Shown: positions 42,977-52,306 of the stretch, piece after piece
Numbering within the stretch: the stretch's first letter is position 1
Layout: every line of letters begins with the position of its first letter
Assembly (NCBI GenBank): GCA_963809895.1
Contig: CAWELD010000003.1
Coordinates: 320,001 to 384,000, forward strand
From: an uncultured Gemmatimonadales bacterium
GTDB lineage: Bacteria > Gemmatimonadota > Gemmatimonadetes > Longimicrobiales > Gaopeijiaceae
DNA: 64,000 bases
Direction of reading: 5' to 3'
The notes under the pieces: model-generated
The model's database searches: none
Seen by the model: the letters and a program-made list of their open reading frames with translations, nothing else
Told to the model about the DNA's origin: nothing
Made by a program: the position numbers and the translations under genes

Positions 42977-43464
42977 CTCCCGACGTACCCCTTCGCATCG
43001 GCGTGGTGGGCGCGTCGGCGGCGGACCCCGACCTCGCGGCCCTGGCGAGCCGTCTGGGAGCGGCGCTGGCCCGGGCCGGCGCCGTGGTGGTGTGCGGCGG
43101 CCTGGGTGGGGTCATGGCGGCGGCGGCGCGCGGCGCGCGAGAGGCCGGCGGACAGGTCCTGGGCGTGCTCCCCGGCGACGACACCGATGCCGGAAACCCG
43201 TGGCTGACCCTTCCGCTGACCACCGGCATGGGCGAAGGGCGCAACGTGCTGGTGGTCCGTTTTTCGGAGGCGTTGGTGGCCGTGGGAGGTTCGTGGGGCA
43301 CGCTCTCGGAGATCGCCCTGGCCCAGCGTATGGGGCGGCCCGTGGCGCTGCTCGCCCCGCCGGCCGCCGGTACGCTGGGCCTGCCGGTGTACCCGGACCC
43401 CGAAGACGCAGCCCGCTGGGCGCTGGAAAGAGCCGCTGCCAGAAGGGAATCTCCCCACGGTTGA
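42973..43464 (+). CDS. TIGR00725 / LOG-like Rossmann-fold protein
   Basis: CGGLGGVMAAA, TGMGEGRN, GGSWGTLSEI. Confidence 0.88.
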   Translation: MTPDVPLRIGVVGASAADPDLAALASRLGAALARAGAVVVCGGLGGVMAAAARGAREAGGQVLGVLPGDDTDAGNPWLTLPLTTGMGEGRNVLVVRFSEALVAVGGSWGTLSEIALAQRMGRPVALLAPPAAGTLGLPVYPDPEDAARWALERAAARRESPHG

Positions 43465-43595
43465 GGGGGAACTTCCCACCTTGCGCGGTCTACCAGGCTC
43501 CATCGAACTTCCTTCCATCGTTGCCGGGTAGCTCAAACCCTTCCGCACCCTCTCGGAGCCCGGCACGTCACGCACGCCATCACGGGTGACCACCG

Positions 43596-44027
43596 ATGAA
43601 GCATAACGGCCGGTTCATGGTGGGCCTGGTGGGAGTCGCCGCCGTCGTCACGTACCTCATCTGGACCGGGGTCAACGACACGATGGTGTACTACCTGACG
43701 CCCTCGGAACTCGTTTCTCGAATCGAAGCCGATCCTTCCTTCCGTGACGTCGGAGTGAAGGTCAGCGGCCGACTTGTCCACGGCAGCTACGAGCAGGTCG
43801 GACGCATGGAGCACCACTTCGTGGTCCGCGACCTCGAGGACGCGTCGGTGACCTTCCCCGTGGTGTACGAGGACGTGCTCCCCGACACCTTCACCGACTC
43901 ACCTGACATGGACGTGGACGTGGTTCTGGAGGGCCGCTTCAGACCCGACGGGGTCTTCGCGGCCACCACGGTTCTCACCAAGTGCGGAAGTCGCTACGAG
44001 GCGGCTCCGGAGGACATGATCAGGTGA
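43596..44027 (+). CDS. ccmE: Heme chaperone CcmE (Cys-type)
   Basis: N-terminal TM, YYLTPSE, LPDTF, TVLTKCGSRY. Confidence 0.92.
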   Translation: MKHNGRFMVGLVGVAAVVTYLIWTGVNDTMVYYLTPSELVSRIEADPSFRDVGVKVSGRLVHGSYEQVGRMEHHFVVRDLEDASVTFPVVYEDVLPDTFTDSPDMDVDVVLEGRFRPDGVFAATTVLTKCGSRYEAAPEDMIR

Positions 44028-46081
44028 ACATCCTGGGCGAGCTCGCCCTCTGGGTGGCCCTGCCCGTCTCCCTGTGGGGGATGGTGCTGGGCTTCGTCGG
44101 TGGGCGGAAGGAGCGGGGTGACCTGGTCCTCTCGGCGGAGCGGGCCGTGTACGCGGTCTTCTTCCTGGTGGTGCTGGCCTCCGCGGGCGTGGTCTCCAAC
44201 TTCCTGCACGACCGTTTCGATTATTGGTACGTCGCCAGCTACTCGAGCCGCGACCTGGCCACCTTCTTCAAGTTGTCCGGGCTGTGGGCGGGCCAGCGGG
44301 GGTCGCTCCTCTTCTGGCTGCTTCTGCTCAGCGTGTTCGCGGTCATCGCCGTGTGGTCCAACCGGCGCAAGAACCGGGAGTTCATGCCGTACGTGGTGGG
44401 CACCCTGCTCACCATCACTTCGTTCTTCCTGATCGTCCTCCTGTTCGCCAACGTGAACCCGTTCGAGCGTCTGGGCTTCACGCCGCTGGACGGGCAGGGG
44501 CTGAATCCCCAGCTCCAGAACTACTGGATGACGATCCATCCGCCCACGCTCTACCTGGGCTTCACGGCGTTCACCATCCCCTTCGCCTTCGCCGTGGCGG
44601 CGTTGGTGAGCGGGCGCCTGGACAACCGCTGGATCACCGTCACCCGCAAGTGGACGCTGCTCTCGTGGTTCTTCCTGGCCAACGGCATCATCTTCGGCAT
44701 GCGTTGGGCCTACGAGGAGCTGGGCTGGGGAGGTTACTGGTTCTGGGATCCCGTGGAGAACGCCTCGCTGCTGCCCTGGCTCAGCGCCACGGCGTTCCTG
44801 CACAGCATCCAGATCCAGGAGAACCGGGGGATGCTGAAGGTCTGGAACATGGCGCTGGTGCTCCTGACCTTCCTGCTCACCATCTTCGCCACCTTCCTCA
44901 CCCGTTCGGGCCTGATCGAGTCGGTGCACTCCTTCGCCCAGGAGCTGAAGATCGCCTTCATCTTCATGGGCTTCATGGGTGCGATCCTCATCGCGGGCAT
45001 CCTGCTGGTGGCGTACCGCTGGCCCAGGCTCCGGAGCGAGAACCAGATCGAATCGTTCCTGAGCCGTGAATCGGCCTTCCTCTTCAACAACCTGATCCTG
45101 ATCGGGGCCGTGTTCGCGGTCATGTGGGGCACGCTGCTGCCGCTGCTGTCCGAGGGATTCACCGGTCAGAAGATCTCCGTGGGGCCGCCCTTCTTCAATC
45201 GGGTGAACCTGCCCATCGGGCTGATCCTGCTGGCGCTCATGGGGATCGGGCCCGTCATCGCCTGGCGGCGGGCCTCGAAGCGGAACCTCAAGAAGAACTT
45301 CACCTGGCCGGCACTCATCGGTGTGGGCACGGGCGCGGTCTTCTGGGCCATGGGCGCCCACCACGTCATGGCGGTCCTGACCTTCGCCATCGCCGCCTTC
45401 GTCCTGGCCATCATCGTGGTGGAGTTCTGGAAGGGAACACGGGCTCGCGCGCGCATCGAAGGCGAGGGGATCGCTCGCGCCGTCTACCATCTCGTGGCCC
45501 GGAACCGGCGACGCTGGGGCGGCTACATCGTTCATGTGGCGGTGGTGATCATCTTCGCCGGCTTCGCGGGCTCTTCGTGGAAGACGGAGATCCGCCAGAC
45601 GATGCAGCCCGGCGAGACCGCCGAGATCGAGTCTCCCCTGGGGCACACCTATCAACTGACGTATCAGGGCGTCTCGACGACGCTGAATGACTTCGATCAG
45701 AACCTCTCCTGGCAGGCCGTGGCTCTCCTGAGCGTGGCCAAGAACGGGGAGCCCGTGGGGACCCTCACCACCGAGAAGCGCGGCTACATCCGACCCGAGG
45801 GGACGGTGGCCACCGAGGTGGGGATCCAACAGCGGGCGTTGGAGGACCTGTACGTCATCCTGGCCGACGTGGATCTCCAGCGCGTGGTGGGGGCCAACGA
45901 CCCCACGGCGCAGGCCGCGACCTTCACCTTCATCGTCAACCCGCTGGTGGGGTGGATCTGGGCCGGTGGCCTGATCCTGACGCTCGGGAGCCTCATCGCC
46001 CTCTGGCCCAGCGCCGAGCGGGTGAAGAGCACGTCCGAGGTCCCCGTCATGGGGGCCGAGCCCGCTCCTGCCGGAGACTGA
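44024..46081 (+). CDS. ccmF: Cytochrome c heme lyase CcmF
   Basis: GLNPQLQ, IHPP, WAYEELGWGGYWFWDPVENAS, SVHSF. Confidence 0.97.
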   Translation: MNILGELALWVALPVSLWGMVLGFVGGRKERGDLVLSAERAVYAVFFLVVLASAGVVSNFLHDRFDYWYVASYSSRDLATFFKLSGLWAGQRGSLLFWLLLLSVFAVIAVWSNRRKNREFMPYVVGTLLTITSFFLIVLLFANVNPFERLGFTPLDGQGLNPQLQNYWMTIHPPTLYLGFTAFTIPFAFAVAALVSGRLDNRWITVTRKWTLLSWFFLANGIIFGMRWAYEELGWGGYWFWDPVENASLLPWLSATAFLHSIQIQENRGMLKVWNMALVLLTFLLTIFATFLTRSGLIESVHSFAQELKIAFIFMGFMGAILIAGILLVAYRWPRLRSENQIESFLSRESAFLFNNLILIGAVFAVMWGTLLPLLSEGFTGQKISVGPPFFNRVNLPIGLILLALMGIGPVIAWRRASKRNLKKNFTWPALIGVGTGAVFWAMGAHHVMAVLTFAIAAFVLAIIVVEFWKGTRARARIEGEGIARAVYHLVARNRRRWGGYIVHVAVVIIFAGFAGSSWKTEIRQTMQPGETAEIESPLGHTYQLTYQGVSTTLNDFDQNLSWQAVALLSVAKNGEPVGTLTTEKRGYIRPEGTVATEVGIQQRALEDLYVILADVDLQRVVGANDPTAQAATFTFIVNPLVGWIWAGGLILTLGSLIALWPSAERVKSTSEVPVMGAEPAPAGD

Positions 46082-46084
46082 TCC

Positions 46085-46528
46085 ATGACGCTCCTGGGGG
46101 CAGTGATCCTGGTCGCCGCCGTGGTCCTCTTCATCCTGCAGCCCGTCGTGCGCGGGCAGTGGGCGTCGCTCCGGCGCACCGACGACGAGATGACCGAGAC
46201 GGAGGCCCGTCGCAGGGTGACGCTGCTGGCGCTCCGCGACGTCGAGTACGATTTCGCCACGGGCAAGCTCGACGATACCGACTATCAGGAGCTTCGCCGC
46301 GAGCTCTCCGCCGAGGCGCTGGCAGCCCTCGACGCCCTGCGCGACGAGGAGAGCCAGGCCGACGGGGCCGCTCTCGAGGCCGAGATCGCCCGGGCGCGGG
46401 CCGGCCTGGAGGCCGGAACGGTGTGCGGTACCTGTGGTCGCCAGAACGCCGAGGGAAGTCGCTTCTGCGCCAACTGCGGGCAGCGGCTCCAGGAGGGCCA
46501 GCCCCGGGAAACGACGGCCTCGCCGTGA
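46085..46528 (+). CDS. Membrane-anchored CcmI-N-like protein with zinc ribbon
   Basis: TM; LRDVEYDFATGKLDDTDYQEL; CGTCG...FCANCG. Confidence 0.7.
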   Translation: MTLLGAVILVAAVVLFILQPVVRGQWASLRRTDDEMTETEARRRVTLLALRDVEYDFATGKLDDTDYQELRRELSAEALAALDALRDEESQADGAALEAEIARARAGLEAGTVCGTCGRQNAEGSRFCANCGQRLQEGQPRETTASP

Positions 46529-47307
46529 ACCCGGCGGCCTCGGAATCCCGGGAGGCCGCTCCGGAGCAGGACCCCGGGCCCCCCCCGGCCCGCCTCGAGG
46601 CGGTGGGCCTGGTGCGCTCCTTCGGCGCCCAGCGCGCCGTGGACGGCATCTCCTTCTCGCTGCTGCCCGGCGAGTTGCTCACCCTGCTCGGGCCCAACGG
46701 CGCGGGCAAGAGCACGCTCCTGAAGGTGCTGGCCGGCGGCCTGCGGCCCACGGCGGGCGAAGTGCGGCTCGGTGGGGTGCCGCTGGATCTGCACAGCCCC
46801 GAGTGGCTGCGGCGGGTCGGCGTCCTGTCCCATCAGACCTTCCTCTACGGGCACCTGACCGCCCGCGAGAACCTGCGCTTCTACGGCGATCTGTACGAGC
46901 TCGACGATGTGCGTGCCCGCGTGGAGGCGGGCCTGGCCGCCGTGGACCTGTCGAACCGGGGCGACGACCAGGTGCGCACGTATTCCCGAGGCATGCGGCA
47001 GCGTCTGGCGCTGGCCCGCACCCTCCTGCACGATCCCGACGTGGTCCTGCTCGACGAGCCGTACACCGGGCTGGACGCCCACGCCGCCGCGGTCCTCCGT
47101 GGCGTCCTGGGCACGCTGCGCGACGGACGTCGCACCGTGATCCTGGTGACCCACAACCTGGGCGAGGGCCTGGAGCTGGGCGACCGCATCGCGATCCAGG
47201 TGCGGGGTCGTCTGGTGGTCGACGCCCCTGCCCGCGACTTCGACCCGGTGAGCTTTCCGGCGGTGTACCGCGAGGCCGTGGAAGCGGCAAGGCAGGTGGA
47301 GGCGTGA
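46525..47307 (+). CDS. ccmA: Heme ABC exporter ATPase
   Basis: GPNGAGKST, YSRGMRQRL, LLDEP; operon context. Confidence 0.92.
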   Translation: MNPAASESREAAPEQDPGPPPARLEAVGLVRSFGAQRAVDGISFSLLPGELLTLLGPNGAGKSTLLKVLAGGLRPTAGEVRLGGVPLDLHSPEWLRRVGVLSHQTFLYGHLTARENLRFYGDLYELDDVRARVEAGLAAVDLSNRGDDQVRTYSRGMRQRLALARTLLHDPDVVLLDEPYTGLDAHAAAVLRGVLGTLRDGRRTVILVTHNLGEGLELGDRIAIQVRGRLVVDAPARDFDPVSFPAVYREAVEAARQVEA

Positions 47308-47984
47308 GCGGGTACCTGCGGCAGATCGCGGCCATCGTCCGCAAGGACCTGGTGGTGGAGCTCCGCACGCGCCAGCGCATCGCCACCATGGGTGGGTTCG
47401 CGGTGCTCGTGGGCGTGCTCTTCAACTACGCGGTGGACCCCACCATCGTCCGGCCGCAGGACATCGCCTCGGGGCTGATCTGGATGACGCTGATCTTCGC
47501 GGGTGTGCTGGGGGTCGGGCGGACCTTCCAGCTCGAGGCCGAGGACGCCGCCTTCCAGGGCGTTCTGCTCACGCCGACGCCGCGCGACGCCATCTATCTG
47601 GGAAAAGTCGCTGCCAACTCCGTCCTGGTGGCGGTGGTGGTGCTCCTCCTCCTGGGCACCTTCGGGCTCTTCTTCCGGTTGGACTACGGCAACCACCCCG
47701 GCGCCCTGATCCTGATCCTGGCGCTGGGCTCGTTGGGGTTCGTGGCGCTGGCCACGCTCTTCGGGGCGGTGGCCTCGGGCACGGCGCTGGGTGAGACACT
47801 CTTGCCCATCCTTCTCTTTCCCCTGCTCGTGCCCATGGTAATTTACGGCGTCTCCGCGTCGGGCCGGCTCCTGGCGGGCCGCCCCCTCTCGGAGGTGGAG
47901 GGGAATATCCGCATGTTGGCGGCCTTCGCCGTCCTGGCCGTGGCGGCCGGGGCGGGACTCTTCCGTTTCGTGGTGGAGGAATAG
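47304..47984 (+). CDS. ccmB: Heme exporter permease
   Basis: RKDLVVELR, IYLGK, LLPILLFPLLVP. Confidence 0.92.
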   Translation: MSGYLRQIAAIVRKDLVVELRTRQRIATMGGFAVLVGVLFNYAVDPTIVRPQDIASGLIWMTLIFAGVLGVGRTFQLEAEDAAFQGVLLTPTPRDAIYLGKVAANSVLVAVVVLLLLGTFGLFFRLDYGNHPGALILILALGSLGFVALATLFGAVASGTALGETLLPILLFPLLVPMVIYGVSASGRLLAGRPLSEVEGNIRMLAAFAVLAVAAGAGLFRFVVEE

Positions 47985-48668
47985 ATGTCCGGCAAGGGCA
48001 CGACCGTGCTGGCGCCCATCCTCGCGGGTCTGGGGGTGCTCCTGAGCCTCCTGCTCATGTGGCAGGTGTTCTTCTGGGTATCCACCGAGGCCGCCCAGGG
48101 GGTGGTCCAGCGAATCTTCTACATCCACGTGCCCTCGGCCTGGGTGGCGTTCATGGCTTTCGGCATCGTGGCCTTCGCCAGCGCGGTCTACCTCTGGCTG
48201 GGAGACGAGCGGGCCGACATGGCGGCGGTGTCGGCGGCGGAAGGAGGGATGGTGTTCACCACCATCGTCCTGCTGACCGGTCCGCTGTGGGGGAAGATCG
48301 CCTGGGGCACCTACTGGACCTGGGAGCCCCGACTGACGCTCACACTGCTCCTCTGGTTCATCTATCTGGGCTATTTCATGGTGCGCCGCGCCACGGACAA
48401 CCCGGACAAGGGCCGCCGCTTCGCCGCGGTGGTGGGGATCGTGGGCGCCCTGGACATCCCCCTGATCCACGTGAGCGTGCTGTGGTTCCGGTCGCTCCAT
48501 CCCCAGCCCGTCGTCATGAAGCCCGAGGGCCCCACGTTGGCGCCCGACATGCTGTGGACGTTCGCCACCGCCATGGTTGCGTTCACGCTCCTGTTCCTGG
48601 GACTTCTCGTCTTCCGCTACGGGCTCGAGCGAGCCCGGGCCCACATGCAACTCAGAGAGGCCTCGTGA
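47985..48668 (+). CDS. ccmC: Heme exporter CcmC
   Basis: IFYIHVPSAW, WGKIAWGTYWTWEPRLT, RSLHP. Confidence 0.95.
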   Translation: MSGKGTTVLAPILAGLGVLLSLLLMWQVFFWVSTEAAQGVVQRIFYIHVPSAWVAFMAFGIVAFASAVYLWLGDERADMAAVSAAEGGMVFTTIVLLTGPLWGKIAWGTYWTWEPRLTLTLLLWFIYLGYFMVRRATDNPDKGRRFAAVVGIVGALDIPLIHVSVLWFRSLHPQPVVMKPEGPTLAPDMLWTFATAMVAFTLLFLGLLVFRYGLERARAHMQLREAS

Positions 48669-48841
48669 TGATTTCGGCGCTCTTTCAGAACGTGGACATG
48701 GGATTCTCCGGTCTCGGGCGGCCCTACATCCACGTCTTCCTGGCCTACGTCATCGCCCTGGTCTTCATCGGGGGATGGGTGATCTCCATCGCCAGGCGTC
48801 TGGCCCGGGTGGAGCGCAGGCTAAAGCAGGACGACGGGTGA
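48668..48841 (+). CDS. ccmD: CcmD-like small membrane protein
   Basis: 57 aa, VFLAYVIALVFIGGWV then a basic tail, directly after ccmC. Confidence 0.7.
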   Translation: MISALFQNVDMGFSGLGRPYIHVFLAYVIALVFIGGWVISIARRLARVERRLKQDDG

Positions 48842-48859
48842 TCCGGCGCGGAGCCGCGC

Positions 48860-49918
48860 ATGCCTGAGGACCGAGCGGAGGGGATCGTAGACCTGCGCAG
48901 CGACACGGTCACCCGGCCCAGCGCCGAGATGAGGCGCGCGATGGCGTCGGCCGAGGTCGGTGACGACGCGCTGGGCGACGATCCCACCATGCGCGAGCTC
49001 GAAGAGACCATGGCCCGCATCCTCGGAAAGGAGCGGGCCCTCTTCTTTCCCAGCGGCGTCATGGCCAACCAGACCGCGCTGGCGGTCCTCGGTCGGTGGG
49101 GAGGCGAGGTGGTGGTGGAGGCCGGTGCCCACGTCTTTCACTGGGAGGAGGGAGCGGCCGCGGCCCTGTCGGGGCTCCAGCTGCGTCCCGTGGCCACGCC
49201 CGACGGCGTCCTCACGCCGGAGCGGCTGGCGGAGGGAGTACGGCCCGCCTCGCCCTACCTTCCGCGGACCTGCCTGGTCTGCATCGAGAACACCCACCTC
49301 TCCTCCGGAGGCAGGATCGTCCCTGTCGACGCCGTGAGGGCGTTGGCGGACGCGGCGCACGAACGAGGCCTCCCGGTCCACATGGACGGCGCCAGGCTCT
49401 GGCACGCCGTGGCGGAAACCGGCACCAGCGCCCAGCAGTTCGCGGCGCCCGTGGACACCGTCATGGTGGCCCTGTCCAAGGGCCTCGGGGCGCCGGTGGG
49501 GTCGATGTTGGCGGGCTCAGCCGATACAATGGAAGAGGCGTGGAGAGTCCGGCGCCGGCTCGGCGGCTCCATGCGGCAGTCGGGAATCCTGGCCGCCGCG
49601 GGGCTGTACGCGCTGGAAAACCACCGTGAACGTCTGCTCGACGACCATGCCAACGCCCGTGCTATCGCCCAGGCGCTGGACGACCTTTCGGGCGTTCGAG
49701 CGCCGCGGCCGGAGACCAATGTGGTCCTGGCGACGGTCGAGGACGGCGGGCCAAAGGTTGAAGAACTATTGAATTTTCTGCGGGTTCGCAGAATTTTGAT
49801 GTTGGAATTCGGAGATTCCCGGATACGGGCCGTCACCCATCGAGACGTCGATTCCCGCGGCGTGACGCGGGTTCTGGACGCGCTGGCGGCATGGGACCGA
49901 CGGGCCAAAGAAAGCTGA
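48860..49918 (+). CDS. ltaE: Low-specificity L-threonine aldolase
   Basis: DLRSDTVTRP, VGDD, SGVMANQ, HMDGARL, LSKGLGAPVGS. Confidence 0.95.
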   Translation: MPEDRAEGIVDLRSDTVTRPSAEMRRAMASAEVGDDALGDDPTMRELEETMARILGKERALFFPSGVMANQTALAVLGRWGGEVVVEAGAHVFHWEEGAAAALSGLQLRPVATPDGVLTPERLAEGVRPASPYLPRTCLVCIENTHLSSGGRIVPVDAVRALADAAHERGLPVHMDGARLWHAVAETGTSAQQFAAPVDTVMVALSKGLGAPVGSMLAGSADTMEEAWRVRRRLGGSMRQSGILAAAGLYALENHRERLLDDHANARAIAQALDDLSGVRAPRPETNVVLATVEDGGPKVEELLNFLRVRRILMLEFGDSRIRAVTHRDVDSRGVTRVLDALAAWDRRAKES

Positions 49919-50038
49919 ATTGTGGCATGATTCTTTCTACCATTCTCACGGAATGGGCGGCTGGAGCATCCCGTCCGGCATCCGTCGACGACTAGAAGTT
50001 CGTTTCCCAATCCTGTAAAGGACGGAGGATTCATAGCG

Positions 50039-51469
50039 ATGAAGAACGTTCGGGGTACCAGGCGGTGGTTCTCCGGCTTCCTGGCGGCGGCCGTGATGGC
50101 CGTGACCGCTCAGGGTATGGCCGCGCAGACCACCAACATGCCCTCCACCCTTCGATACGGCTCCGGATACATGGACGTCCCCAGCGCCAGCGTGCTCCCG
50201 CACCTGGCCATCCAGGGGACCTTCTCCGGATTCTGGATCAATATTCCCAACAGCCTCATCACCGACCCGTCGGGCGCCGTCATCGGCACCGGTGACGGCA
50301 TCGACAAGTTCTACGGTGACGGATCGGTGACGTTGGGACTTTTCGACCGGGTCGAGGTCGGAGCGTCCCTCCAGTCCTTCAACGATTCGGACAAGGGTGG
50401 GAACATGTGGGGGGCCTACGGTCGCCTCGCGCTCCTCCGCCCCACGAATCAGGGACTGGGTCTGGCCGTGGGCGCCCGCTACGTGTCGGCGCCCAGCTTC
50501 GACGATGCGGTGGATTACGCCCCGACGCGTCTCGGCTTCCCCGATGGCCGCGCCCGCAAGAACTTCGTGGGCAACGATGTCGAGATGAACAGCGAGGTCT
50601 CGCTCTACGGCGTGGCGTCGGTGTTCCTGCGGGGCTTCGACTCCGACTGGTTCCCGGAGCACGACTGGACGCTGTCCCTTGGCTGGGGCAACGGCATGTT
50701 CAACGAGGGCGAGGAGTTGGATTGGTACCGCTACGCCGACTCCGAGGGCGTGTTCGCCGCCGCGGCCATGCACATGGACGTGGGGCAGAACAAGCTCCTC
50801 AACCTCATGGGTGAGTGGAACGGCTTCGACCTGAACCTGGGTGCGCAGCTCGACCTGGGCGGCATCCGGGTCGGCGGCCACTACCTCGGCGCCAACTACC
50901 TCGAGGACATCAGCGCCTATCGCTCGCCGAAGTTCGGCTTCCTGGTCTCCATGGCGCTGTGCCCCGACGGCGGCGTGCTCTGCAAGCCCGCCCTCATGGA
51001 GCGCCCGGCTCCGGACACCGTCCGGCTGCCCGCGCCTCCGCCGGACACGGTCACCGTGACCCGCGAGGTCGCGCCGCCGCTCCCCACCGGCAACCCGGCG
51101 AGCATCTGCCTGGCCACCGGTGAGAACGTCTCGGTGCTGGTCACCGCTCAGGGCGACACCCTGGTGGGTCCGAACCGGACGTCCATCCGCACGCTGCGGC
51201 CCGGCGTCGTCTTCGCCGGTACGTACGCGGCCGGCCGGTCCTGGTACACGAACGACGAAGCCGTCCGCTTCGAGGACCGCTCGTACAACAAGTCCGGTGG
51301 TGAAGTGAGCATGCAGTGCGCCGACATCATGCGCGTCGGCGAGTACATGGGCGTGCCGCTCTTCGCCATGCGTAGCGCAGAGCGTCCCTTCGAAACCCTG
51401 TACGTGCCCGTGCGCCCCGGCGTATGGCAGGCGTACCAGTCGGGTCTGCGCCGGACGCGGGGGCAGTAG
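50039..51469 (+). CDS. Putative outer-membrane beta-barrel protein with Pro-rich linker and unknown C-terminal domain
   Basis: GGAGG RBS; signal peptide; alternating aromatic/Gly strands; PAPDTVRLPAPPPDTVTV linker. Confidence 0.6.
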   Translation: MKNVRGTRRWFSGFLAAAVMAVTAQGMAAQTTNMPSTLRYGSGYMDVPSASVLPHLAIQGTFSGFWINIPNSLITDPSGAVIGTGDGIDKFYGDGSVTLGLFDRVEVGASLQSFNDSDKGGNMWGAYGRLALLRPTNQGLGLAVGARYVSAPSFDDAVDYAPTRLGFPDGRARKNFVGNDVEMNSEVSLYGVASVFLRGFDSDWFPEHDWTLSLGWGNGMFNEGEELDWYRYADSEGVFAAAAMHMDVGQNKLLNLMGEWNGFDLNLGAQLDLGGIRVGGHYLGANYLEDISAYRSPKFGFLVSMALCPDGGVLCKPALMERPAPDTVRLPAPPPDTVTVTREVAPPLPTGNPASICLATGENVSVLVTAQGDTLVGPNRTSIRTLRPGVVFAGTYAAGRSWYTNDEAVRFEDRSYNKSGGEVSMQCADIMRVGEYMGVPLFAMRSAERPFETLYVPVRPGVWQAYQSGLRRTRGQ

Positions 51470-51502
51470 TCGCGCCACGCGTACGCCGTAGCACTTGATG
51501 CG

Positions 51503-51540
51503 AGCGCCCGTCCCGGTCTCCGGGGCGGGCGCTTCGTTTC
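51503..51540 (+). terminator. Intrinsic terminator
   Basis: agcgcccgtcccgg-tct-ccggggcgggcgct followed by tcgtttc. Confidence 0.7.
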
Positions 51541-51577
51541 ATGGAGGACGCTGGAGGGGGCCGTTGGGCCGTCCGGG

Positions 51578-51991
51578 TCAGGTGACGTAGAGCTCCACCA
51601 CCCGGTTGAGCGCGTCGAGCACGGACAGCACCGCGCCGCGTACCATGTCTTCGGAATGCGTGGCGCGGGCGCCCAGGAGCTTGTAATGGCGCTCGGCGCT
51701 TCGTGCCTCGACCGACGAGATGACCACCCAGCTGTCGAAGGCGCGCACGGCCTTGATTCCCACGAGCCCCAGGCGGAGTCGGCCGCCGGTGGCGGCGGCG
51801 ATGGCCTTGAGGGTGGCGTCGGCGCCCGTGCGCAGGTCTCCCTCGCGCGTCAGGACGCCCTGGGCCTCGCCCACGTGCGTGCGCTCCTGCCATTCCAGCG
51901 TCACACGGACGCGCGCGTAGCCGTCGGGGGAGGGCGTCGCCTCCACCCGCTGCACGCGGAGCCTGGGTGTGGGTGCCGGCGGTTGGGTCAT
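51578..51991 (-). CDS. Hypothetical protein resembling a stand-alone LeuA regulatory domain
   Basis: Start re-set to ATG 51991; ARVRVTL...GEAQG...ATLKAI...EDMVRGAVLSVLDALNR. Confidence 0.6.
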   Translation of the reverse strand: MTQPPAPTPRLRVQRVEATPSPDGYARVRVTLEWQERTHVGEAQGVLTREGDLRTGADATLKAIAAATGGRLRLGLVGIKAVRAFDSWVVISSVEARSAERHYKLLGARATHSEDMVRGAVLSVLDALNRVVELYVT

Positions 51992-52306
51992 GGTCTGGAC
52001 CTGCCTGGTTGAGGTCCGATCACAATGGTGTCGCCGGCAGCGCCACGGCAAGCCGGGCCGCCGGCGCGCAGCCGGCCTTGCCCGGGCGTCGCGGCGTGGA
52101 GGGGGGAGCGCGCCCGGCGCTGGGGTCGGGGGGCTCATCCGGGCATTCCGCCGGCCCAGCCGGGCCTCTAGAATGGTTCATCGGCAGCCCCGCACCTCGG
52201 ATGCGCGAGGACACACTTTCGCATTCTCTTCGGGGTCACTACTTTGAACGTCCGCGCCCGCGTTGGTCGGGACGCGAATGCACGTGAACGGAGACAGGGA
52301 CGACAC

